This document shows, piece after piece, positions 9,006 to 19,000 of a stretch of 64,000 nucleotides of DNA. The position numbers and the translations under genes were made by a program. The stretch covers positions 608,001 to 672,000 of the forward strand of contig CAVPNL010000006.1 of assembly GCA_963706575.1 (NCBI GenBank), in the 5' to 3' direction. Below the pieces are notes generated by a model. That model saw only the letters and a program-made list of their open reading frames with translations, was not told the DNA's origin and searched no databases. This DNA comes from an uncultured delta proteobacterium. Its GTDB lineage: Bacteria > Desulfobacterota > Desulfobacteria > Desulfobacterales > JAHEIW01. Position 1 is the first letter of the stretch, and the number at the start of each line of letters is the position of its first letter.

Positions 9006-10610
9006 TTAACAGGTTCTGAAATTTCCTACCGCGGTTTTCCGCAATAATGCGATCAGCAGAAAGATCAGAGAGACTCCGATGCTCAACCATACCAGCCAAT
9101 CTCCATGTCGTGTGTAAATTGTATTAGAATTCAAGGGGATGACTTCTCCTGTTAGCATGCCCCGAACGAAGATGTCCTGACCTTCCTCAGACCTGACGCG
9201 ATCAACGACCCGGCCATAGGGGTCAATGAAGCAGGAGATCCCGGTGTTGTTGCATCGCACCATAAAAACCCGGTTTTCAATCGCGCGAAATATATTTATA
9301 GAGAGAAACTGGTTAGGGCCGGCGGATTTTCCGAACCAGGCCTCGTTGCCGATATTGACCATAAATTGGGCACCCTCTTTAATATATTGCCGGAACAGGT
9401 CGGGGAAGATGGTTTCCCAGCAGATCAAAACTCCGAAGGAGGCATTATTTATGTTAAATAAGGTGAACTCCTTGCCGGCAACATGGGAACTCTTTTTGTC
9501 CGGCACAATAAATTGAGGCCAGGGGATAATCCCCTCATAGGGGACGTACTCCGAAAAAGGGAAAAGATAAATTTTTAAATACTGGCCGAGTATTTTGCCA
9601 TCCGGCGAAAAGAAAAGCGCCGTGTTTCCGGTTTTTTGCGCCTTTAAAAGATCTTTATCGAATTTCGGAAATTCAGAACTGCCAATGATAAAATAGGTTT
9701 TTAGCTCTTTCACCAGAGAGATTGTCTGGTTCATAAGATCGAGTTTCTTCAAGATAAACCCCGGTGTGGCCGCCTCCGGCCAGATGATTAGATCCGGGTT
9801 GTCCCTGGCGGCTTTTCTGCTCAGGTCGCCATATGTTTGCATAATGACCCCGGCATATTTGGGGTCCCACTTTTTGCTCTGCTCGATATTTCCTTGCAGC
9901 ACCGATACCTTGATACTTTTTTGGGTGTTGCGCTCAGAAGATAGGGTATTTCCATACAACAGTGCCAGGGTCATCAAGACGGCAGCGCCTAATGTGATTA
10001 CGTATATGCCCCGCCTCGATGGGAAATTACCATCTGTAATTTGTTGCCATCCCAGCCGATTAAGAATTCCCAAAATTAATAAAGCCACCGCTGAATTCAC
10101 CAGGACGACCAAAAAGCTGACTCCATATGCTCCGGTTATTGCGGAAATTTGAATCAGAGAGATATTCTGATACTGGGTGTGCCCCAAAAAGGCCCAGGGC
10201 AGTGCCAGAAAAAATAATTTCCCTCTTATATACTCTAAAGCAATCCACAGAAAAGGCGCTGCCAAAAATGCAACGGTCATTTGAGCTCGGCGAATAAGAA
10301 AGGTCAACGCTAAACCAAAAATCCCAAAATACAGCGCCAAACCAAAAACCAGGATAGAATGGTGGAGAATCTCATATCCGTCCGTTTCAAGCATCCAATC
10401 GAAGACCCCGGCGAAAAAAACGAGCCCACAGATGAATGATAGAAGAAAACCCTGCATAGAACCTCTGCCTGATATAACCACGAGCAGAGGTGCCAGTCCT
10501 ATCCATGCGAACCACCATGCATTATAGTTTGGGAAGGCCAAAAAAAGTAAAACCCCGGACAGTACCGGGGCAAGAATTAAGTATAACAAGCTAAAGATCT
10601 TTGTCTTCAA
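9006..10610 (-). CDS. lnt: Apolipoprotein N-acyltransferase
   Basis: Multi-TM N-terminus, LPWAFLGHTQ, QGNI, nitrilase-fold triad WPE / YLK / ICWE, RAIEN, NTGIS. Confidence 0.9.
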   Translation of the reverse strand: MKTKIFSLLYLILAPVLSGVLLFLAFPNYNAWWFAWIGLAPLLVVISGRGSMQGFLLSFICGLVFFAGVFDWMLETDGYEILHHSILVFGLALYFGIFGLALTFLIRRAQMTVAFLAAPFLWIALEYIRGKLFFLALPWAFLGHTQYQNISLIQISAITGAYGVSFLVVLVNSAVALLILGILNRLGWQQITDGNFPSRRGIYVITLGAAVLMTLALLYGNTLSSERNTQKSIKVSVLQGNIEQSKKWDPKYAGVIMQTYGDLSRKAARDNPDLIIWPEAATPGFILKKLDLMNQTISLVKELKTYFIIGSSEFPKFDKDLLKAQKTGNTALFFSPDGKILGQYLKIYLFPFSEYVPYEGIIPWPQFIVPDKKSSHVAGKEFTLFNINNASFGVLICWETIFPDLFRQYIKEGAQFMVNIGNEAWFGKSAGPNQFLSINIFRAIENRVFMVRCNNTGISCFIDPYGRVVDRVRSEEGQDIFVRGMLTGEVIPLNSNTIYTRHGDWLVWLSIGVSLIFLLIALLRKTAVGNFRTC

Positions 10611-10678
10611 TACCGTTTTCGCTCCAATGTCTATTTTGGGGATTCAGAAGGTGGCCCGCGTGTCGGTGGTTAACGATG

Positions 10679-13189
10679 TTACTCAACGCCAACCACGATT
10701 AAAGTTAAGTCGTCATGCTGCGGCGCCCCGCCGACGAATTCATTCACCTTTTCTAAAATTTCCTTCAAGAGCGCATCCGCATCCATGGATTTCGATTTTT
10801 GAACCACCTCCTGGAGCCGCTCGAATCCATACATTTCCTCCTTTTCGTTCATGGCCTCTACGATGCCGTCCGTGTAGAATAGCACTCTGTCACCGGATGA
10901 TAGCTGAATTTTGGTTTCCTCATAGTTGGCTTCGTCTAGAATACCAAGGGGAAACGTATCTCCTTCAGTCTCGACCAGGTTGGCCTCACCGGTTTTTGCG
11001 GAAAGGTGGATGGGTTGTGTCTGTCCGGCGCTGCACAGTGTCACCGTTCGATCCCTGGAATCCAAAACCGCAAAAAGCAGCGCCACGAACATCCCGCTTT
11101 TGACATCTTTTTTAAGTCTGCGGTTGGCGCGCATCATGCTCTCGCTGACGCCAATTCTTCTTCCGACAGCATGCGGAACACACTGCGGGATGCGGACATG
11201 ACCAGGGCGCCGGAAACGCTCTTTGCCGGTCACGTCACCGATGACAAATCCCGCTTTCTCTTCACCCATGTCAATAAAATCGTAGAAATCACCACCGACC
11301 TCTCTGGCGGAAACAGAATAAGAAGCGATATTAAAACCCTGGATTTCGGGAGACTCAGCCGGAAGCATGCTCATCTGCAGGTCCCGGGCAATGTTCAGCT
11401 CCTCTTCCATGCGCTGCTTTTCCAGGTTTTCCTCGAAAAGTCTTGCATTTTCGATGGCTACGGCGCCCTGGTGTGCCAGGGTGCGCAGAAGTTCGATGTC
11501 TTCGCGGTTGAAGGGCTTGCCGGACTTCTTTTCACCGAGGTTCAAGGAGCCGATCACTTTATCCTGATAAACCAACGGAACCATCAGGCTGGCATGCAGG
11601 GCTTCAAAATTGGCGGCACATGGCTCGGAAACCTCCTTGAACTTGGGGTCTTCGATTACATCGTACTTGGTCAGCTCCTTTTTCTCCGCTTCTATAATTT
11701 CAATCAGAGGGTCATCACGCTTGAAGACCTTTTTTTCTACTTCTTCTTTTCTCTCTCCGTCTGCTAATGAGATCTGATACTCAGCTCCGGTCGAACTCAA
11801 TAACATGACCGAGCTGGTGCTGATAAACATGTCTTCAATGAAAGTTTGACTAAGGTGTTTTAGGATTTGGGGTAATTCCAAAAGAGAGGTCATGGCCCCA
11901 CCGACCCTCTCAACGATGGCGCCATAGTCGTATTCTTTTCTGAAAAAGATTCGATCCACAAGCGCTTGAATACGGTCCCGCAAAGGATTAAACACCAGAA
12001 TGACGCCTATGGTAAAAAGGATCGGAAATGCTTTGGACTGGGCCACCTGGTATTGCCCCAGAAAGAAGTTCAGGCCCACGCTAACCAAAGCATACATGCC
12101 GACAACGATGCCCGTGACGACGATATAGCCGACGGTCCGTTTTATGATCTCATCGGCATCAAAGAGGTTGTGCCGCACAATAGAATAGGCAATGGACGCC
12201 GGAAAGAAGATAACGAAGACTGCCAAAAAGTTCCACGGGAGATTATACTTTAAGAAAAAACCAAGGGTCATAACAAAAACCGGCGGCCCGAAGGCAACTG
12301 TCACCCCCCAAAAAATCACCCGTGCTCGCTGGCGGGCCTGCAGTGAAGCCGCTTTAAATCGGGTGTGAAAGATAAGGATGATCATAAAAAGCACGCATAA
12401 GAGCGTGAAAATGCGATTGATGGAGCCAAGCGTTCGATAGGTGGGGAACCACGCGTATAAATCTGAGCTCAACATCTTCTGAAAGATGGACCAATAGATT
12501 TCGTTCGCAACGATTAAAAGAAAAAATGGCACGTAAAGCAGATATTCAATGGCAGGTAGCCGATCTAAAAAACGTTTTCTTTCCGGAAATATCAGAAACA
12601 GGTGCAGCCAGGTTGCCGGATAAAGAATATTTACCACGTCGAATAGCCGGGTAGAAAAATAGGAAGATTGCTGCTCAAAGCCGGATATCATCATGGAACC
12701 CAGGCTGAAGCACAGCATCAGAAAAACCCAACTGCTGGGTGTGTTTGGTTTCAGCACATAGACGACGAAACCCAGTATGTAAAGCATGAAGCCAATCAAA
12801 AATGAAACCAGAAAGACGATAATAAAATCACCGATTCCAAATTTATCCACCTTGATTTCGACTTCACGTTTTTGGCCGTCTGTATCGATCGAATAGCGAA
12901 CGGGTGTGCCGGGTTGTTTTTCTTTAATGATATTTACGAACTGATTGCCTTCTTGAACCTGCTGACCGTCTATAGCAACGATTCGATCGCGAAATTTAAG
13001 CCCGGCTTCGGGACCCGGCCAGTCGGTTTGTCCGGAAACCGAAACATATAAATCCTTATAGACAAGAAATCCCGCAAAAGGTCTGTTTAACCAGGATATG
13101 GCACCGGCAAGAGAGATTACAATGATAACGATCATGAGGGCGAGCAAAGCAAAAAAGACTATATTATGAATTTGAATTCGGCGCTTCAT
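10679..13189 (-). CDS. PDZ + multi-TM + GAF + SpoIIE (PP2C/RsbU-like) phosphatase
   Basis: AGLKFRDRIVAIDG PDZ motif, several TM helices, GAF ending AIENARLF, VGGDFYD/GDVTGK/YTDG/HDDLT PP2C motifs; contains a short out-of-frame segment (see findings). Confidence 0.88.
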   Translation of the reverse strand: MKRRIQIHNIVFFALLALMIVIIVISLAGAISWLNRPFAGFLVYKDLYVSVSGQTDWPGPEAGLKFRDRIVAIDGQQVQEGNQFVNIIKEKQPGTPVRYSIDTDGQKREVEIKVDKFGIGDFIIVFLVSFLIGFMLYILGFVVYVLKPNTPSSWVFLMLCFSLGSMMISGFEQQSSYFSTRLFDVVNILYPATWLHLFLIFPERKRFLDRLPAIEYLLYVPFFLLIVANEIYWSIFQKMLSSDLYAWFPTYRTLGSINRIFTLLCVLFMIILIFHTRFKAASLQARQRARVIFWGVTVAFGPPVFVMTLGFFLKYNLPWNFLAVFVIFFPASIAYSIVRHNLFDADEIIKRTVGYIVVTGIVVGMYALVSVGLNFFLGQYQVAQSKAFPILFTIGVILVFNPLRDRIQALVDRIFFRKEYDYGAIVERVGGAMTSLLELPQILKHLSQTFIEDMFISTSSVMLLSSTGAEYQISLADGERKEEVEKKVFKRDDPLIEIIEAEKKELTKYDVIEDPKFKEVSEPCAANFEALHASLMVPLVYQDKVIGSLNLGEKKSGKPFNREDIELLRTLAHQGAVAIENARLFEENLEKQRMEEELNIARDLQMSMLPAESPEIQGFNIASYSVSAREVGGDFYDFIDMGEEKAGFVIGDVTGKERFRRPGHVRIPQCVPHAVGRRIGVSESMMRANRRLKKDVKSGMFVALLFAVLDSRDRTVTLCSAGQTQPIHLSAKTGEANLVETEGDTFPLGILDEANYEETKIQLSSGDRVLFYTDGIVEAMNEKEEMYGFERLQEVVQKSKSMDADALLKEILEKVNEFVGGAPQHDDLTLIVVGVE

Positions 13190-13759
13190 AATTTCTTCTT
13201 TCGGTTTAATTGGCTGCCGTTATCATGTTTGATAAGTTTTTTGATAACAACCATAACACACTCTGTAAACTAAAAACAACACATCGAAATATCACCTGCT
13301 TGACTTACCTGCAGCCCATAATGAAACCTGCTGTTTTACATGACCAGGAAAAATGGTGGACGTGCTAATAAAGGACGCCTGATCCTATAAAACGCTTTTG
13401 ATAAAAGCTTTAAAAGCGAATCAATGACGGCCCCTTGAAATAAGGATATGGTTTGCAAATTTGATGGGGATTGGATTAAAGGATATGAATAAAGTTTCAT
13501 TCGTGTCGCCATATTTCTTATCGGTAATACTAACTAGAGAAACGGGCAAGAGAAGGGCACAATTCGATTCCAGTATAAAATCTCCTTTAACCAATTATTA
13601 GAAGTTTTGATTAAGACGCGATTACCATGGGTTTCCCACAGGGCAGTTCATTACTAAAAACGCGCAATGCATCACCACGCTTACAAAATTTAATTAGCCT
13701 GTGCTATAAAAACGTCTGACGAGTTATGATCTGAAATTTTTACAATGCTCTGTTCAGAA

Positions 13760-14240
13760 TCAACCTGCCCCAACTCTTATGGCGTTTTTACTAATGGGTA
13801 CATGCATTATCGGAATCAGTCTCCGGTACTGACGAAATTGAATCTTGCAATCGAAAGAGACGGTATCGCCGTCGTTCTTAAACTTCAAATTTTTTACCTT
13901 GGTGATAATTGATTCGCAGGGCAGAATCAAAGACGGCCCCCGGGTTGGAGGCATGGATGATATCTTCCTCGCTTCTTGGGCAAGCGCGGTATACCAAGTG
14001 TCCATCTGATCCTGCTAACGGATCAGTATCGACATCGCAGCCATCGATTTTTTTAACCCTCAAGGTTGCGTATGTTGTAGCACCTACAATCAACCACCCC
14101 CACTGCCCACATCTCAGGTCCAATGATCTTTTCGCTCACCAGGAGGCGCTGGTTCCCTCGCAAAAACCTGAGCAGCCGGAGTTAATCAAAATTATAGCTG
14201 CCATTAAACCTGCTACAAGAAGTACTTTTTTGAAACTCAT
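13760..14240 (-). CDS. Small secreted hypothetical protein, multiply frameshifted; 3' end approximate
   Basis: ATG at 14240 with AAGGAG RBS; signal peptide MSFKKVLLVAGLMAAIILI; coding-like segments continue across ORFs 13878-14123 and 13760-14005. Confidence 0.5.
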
Positions 14241-14309
14241 CGCTATTCTCCTTTCTTTGCTACTTTCAGTATAATTTGATAACAATATTTTTTTCAATTT
14301 TCTGTCTAT

Positions 14310-16095
14310 CTAAAAAGCTCCATTGAAATTAACGATGCTCTTTTGCCCAACACTGACATCTCTTGCAATAAAGCTTCCCTCCAGGAAACAGCCTTCTTCG
14401 ATCAGGAGGGTGCCGTTTTTGGCGAAGATATTGGCTTTGACGGTATTGCCCTCCCCGATATGTGCCGCCTTGGGTTTGTCGTTCAAACCACCTTTCTTTC
14501 CATTTTCGCCATTGACGAAAACCTTTATCTGATCGGCACTTACACCCGAACCAGCGGTCGGTCCGATAGATGCTTTCGTGCCAGGATACAGGCGATCCTC
14601 AATTCGGATTATTGTAGCACATTGCAAACTACAGCGGGAGTCGGAACCCATGGTCAGATTCCAGAAATCGTATTCACCACCCGTCAGTCGCAGAGTTGCG
14701 TTGACCCGAGGATAACGTCGTCGTATGCTCCAGAAACCAAATTCACTTCTTGAGAGGTATCCACGGATACCTCTGTCATTCTTATCGGCTTTGAACTCAT
14801 TGTCTTTGGCAACAAACCTTCGACCTGCTCCATACAGGAGTCGGGAGGAGCGTAATGTGACATCTCCGTCTTCCAAACGAATCGTTCCATCAGATTGTTT
14901 CCGGTCAGGGTTGCAAAATACCTCGTATACTGAGCAGTGGATCGAATCTTTACACTATCTCCCTTTACTGCGTTGCCGTAGCCATCCACGTGTTTACATC
15001 TACCGACACCTCAAATTCCGGATCAAGCCAGGGGCCGTCGCAGGCGGTATTTGCACCGACGTCTCCGCTTTGAATCCGCACTTTGTTGCGCAACCAGACA
15101 CTGCAGAGGCCGAAGATCGAAAACTGGTGGGGCGGTTCGCCGAACAGGATGTATCTAGTCAACAGGCCGCCGCATTCCGTCTGCCAGCCCTCTGCGGCAT
15201 TTTCAATGTAGGCTTCTTTGTACTCATCCTTGTAATTGGCAATGGCAACATATGCATCACCCGCGGCGGGTTCGGGCAAACAGGCTCCACCGGCAGGCAA
15301 GCGTCACCCAACCTCCCAGACCTGTGTTACCACTCGTTATGGGGCTCAGGCTCGTCCACGCATCTGCCAGACTTTCTTTCTCAAGAACCTCGGATTTTCT
15401 GAATACTTTGATCTCAACATTACTCCGGGCGGTCAATTCAGGAGTGCTGAGGTCCTCCACCCTGATCTTCATCCGGCCGCCGCGAGCCGGCGCCACAAAG
15501 ATTCTCAGTTTCTTGGACTTGAGGGTTCCGTGCGAAGCCTTGTTGTCCATGATACCCAGCAGGCGGCCCGATCCGGCCTCTTCCACAGTCCAGCCATAAC
15601 GAGAAAACGGGAGTTCGGCTTCGATCGTGTACCAGCCGGACAATCTTTTCATCACGGGGAAAAGCTCCCGGAGGTCGGGACTGTCACCGATCGCTGCCAG
15701 CCGGGGGGCAGGACTTCGGCGGGAACGGTTTCCCACTGGCCCCACCTGGAAGGCGGCGGCATGTCGGAAGCCTGTATTTCCTGAAACGGCGGTGTGTGCC
15801 TGACACCCTGAGGATCCCTGGCGATAAGATATCTTTCGATCTCCAATTGACTGAATCCGGAATCCATATTCAACGGCCATTTTTTTTCGTTTTTAACAAC
15901 CCCGATGATGGGAATCGGCTGGCTCGCTGAGAACTTGTGGCTTTCCTCAAGGGTGTACAGGTTCAGACTGAGGCCTGAATCGCCCCAACCGGCGTCGGAC
16001 CAGAGGAGGCTCATCCCCAGGCTACGACGGCAACGAACCACAAGACCTCCCGCCCTTTTCTTCTGCAGACTTGGTTTCATCGATATGCTCCCCAT
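14310..16095 (-). CDS. Secreted hypothetical protein (~590 aa) fragmented by frameshifts; C-terminal beta-solenoid-like region
   Basis: Five overlapping minus-strand ORFs (15652-16095, 15257-15880, 14965-15300, 14684-14989, 14310-14876) tile continuously; ends ANIFAKNGTLLIEEGCFLEGSFIARDVSVG. Confidence 0.55.
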
Positions 16096-19000
16096 CTACC
16101 TTACGATATTGTGGATTCTCAACAGAGACTTATAATAATCACTCAAGTGATCCTGCCTGCTCCAGTTGTTGGAGTACCGGTACATCAGAGCGTCTAGGAT
16201 AGTTCGTATGGGATGGCCCGGCAAGTGCGTGGGCCATCTCATGGGTTATGGTGTGCATCAATACATGGCTTAGATCATACTCATAATTGATCCCAAGTCA
16301 GATCAGTTGCCAGCGGCAGTTCAACCAGCCCATCACCATCAATGTCAAAGGGGCTCAGATCGCCATCGAAAGTTGTAATGCGTTTATCGCCGTCCCATTC
16401 TCCGTCCGGACCGTCGCCCATCACACCATCTATGGGATCCAATTGGTCCGTCTGGTCTTCCACCACGCTGAGGGGGTTTAAATATCCATCTGGCAGATCC
16501 CAGCTGTTTCCCCAGGTTGTCCCATCAATGTAAGGATTGTCGTTAAAATAATTGTAAAGGGGTTTCTCGCAGCGTAACGGCAAGGCCGTACATGCTGGCC
16601 TGGTTGGCTGTGGTCTGGCACCAGGCATAACCCTTGGTGGCCCATCGCCAGTACCGGGTTCCCAACGGATTCTGCTGGCTTGGCGGGCTCGCAGAGACAA
16701 AGCGGATGTGGCCGTCCGGCGATCCGAATACACCCGTGGGATCATGACGTATTATCAGTACGTTGATGTGAGGCACGGGTTTGCGGATCCTGTAACTGTA
16801 TGTGCCCGGAGATACTTGACCATATTCAAAATCCAAACCGAGCTCTTCGCCGTTAGCGCTCCAGTAGCTGATGGGCATCCACACCCCATCGCCATTCAAC
16901 TCAAACTCCCACTCGTGCCTCGGCCAGGCGGTTGACCAATTGGTGCCCGCACCATTGACCACATTTCCGCTGATGCTGGTGATATTTCCCTGCCGGTAGT
17001 AGACAAAGAATGATCCGTCCTCGGTGGCATCATGTCCCCAGGCGGTAGTATCGTGCACAGTCAATGCCGGCGTTTTCAAAGGCCAGCCCGTAGGTGAAAT
17101 TGTAATCACCGTCGAAACCCACACCACGGACGAAGAGATCCTTGCGGAAGGGGTGCAACCTCATATGCGGCGTTTCGCCTGCCAGTATTCGGGTGATCCC
17201 CCGGTACTCCTCAAAATGCGTGAAGCCATCGCCCAGGGGCGCCGAGTAGCCCGCTCCTTCGAAAGTGATCGCGTCGGTGTCGGCATTGGGATCCAGGCCG
17301 GTCAGATCACCATGTACATTCCAGGCGCTGCTGATGCCGTTTTTGTCCGAATTCACAGGGACCCACAGCTGACCCAGGTAGTTTCCGGAGACCGGGTCTG
17401 TTACCAGCACCTTGGTTCTGCCGCCGTAATCCCAGGAGTGGAGGTAAACTTCATAGTTGCCTCCGCCGGAATCTGCTACAATGATGCTGCCCTGGTTGAA
17501 GCAATCTATTGTATTACAGTCGGGCGAGCTCATAGTCGTGAGTCCGAAGTCGGGTCCATGATAATCGTACCAGGCCGGGTAATCACCCCCGCCGACCATA
17601 TCGGCCGGATCGGGATCGTTCTCGGCCCTGCCCGGATAGTTGGACGTCATCCGCAAGCTGAAAACCGCCTGTGCCGGCGCCGGACTCGAGTCGGTCCACG
17701 TCGCCTGTACCCTGAATGTCTTCCCAAATTCGGGCAATCCGTCTCCGGATCCGGTATCGGTCGCGATTAACGAAAACGCTATGGTTTGGGCCACGGTTGG
17801 ATTCGTGCCACCCTGATACTCCTGTAGATTATTCAGTCCATCATCGTCATCATCGTTCTCGGCAACAGCGTCTGTTGGCGATCCGGCAAAGTACTCCTCC
17901 TCCCACCAGTTGGGCAGACCGTCACCATCGATGTCAGGATTCAGGCAGTCGGGCCAGAGATAACCTTCATTCTCATGGCCAGTGGGATAGTTTGTGTTGG
18001 CATAGTTCGGAGGTGTTGCCGGCAGATTGCTGTCGCATGGTTCTTCTGCGCACAGGGGATCACTGCCACAGGCGATTTCATCGTCGTTGAGGTAGACCGT
18101 CGCCGTCCACATCCAGTGGGTCGTCAGCGCAGTTCGCTTCCCTGGTCTGAGAGGTCTTCATCCACGTTGTTGGCGCCGGGCACCCGCGTAATTACAATGT
18201 CTTCACTGCCCGTTTTGGCGTATATGTCGGTGGCTGTGATGCGCACCGTAATCGATACCGGATCTACCGTCACCTCCGGCATTTGAATCGGGCCGGCCGT
18301 CCAGTTGATAGTTCCGCTTGCCGCACCATTTTGAGGGTCTCCCACAACGGCCCACGCGACGGATGCAACTTCGGTATCGTCGTTGGCAAGGCCGCTCAAA
18401 ATAATCGATTGCAGCGTGGTGGTATAGGTGCCCTCGGTTGTCGGGCCAATGATCGAAACTGTTGGAGTCTGCACTGTCTTTGACGACCGTAATGGTGTCG
18501 GTAGCAGTGTAAGTGCTACTAGTCGTAATCGGGCGGTAGATCAACTGTTCCTTCGGCTGTCACCAGGATCACGTTTCCGCCATCTGTCAAGGCTGACATT
18601 TGCACTCCAGGAACCTCCTAGGCCGGATAGTTGATCCTCCATTGGTAACGGTTATGCTATCTGCATTAATTGATGTTCCGCTTATCGTGATGGAACCGTC
18701 GTTGGTGAAATGCGGACTGGTTGCCGGACTGGTGATTCTGACATACACCGGGTTATCAGGATTGGCGCCTTCCAGGTATTCCTGCAGGTTGCTCACCCCG
18801 TCGCCATCGTAGTCGTCGTCGGCGCCGCAGGTTGCGCAATCCGTCGATCCACCGAAGTAAAACTCCTCCCACGGATCCGGCAGGCCGTCATCGTCGGCAT
18901 CTCTGAAGCTCGATGTTTCAATTGCGCCCATATCCCAGGAGTCTCCCTTTGGCCGGCTGGAGCCGGTGAGATCTATCCCCGGTTCGGTGACGGTGGTACC

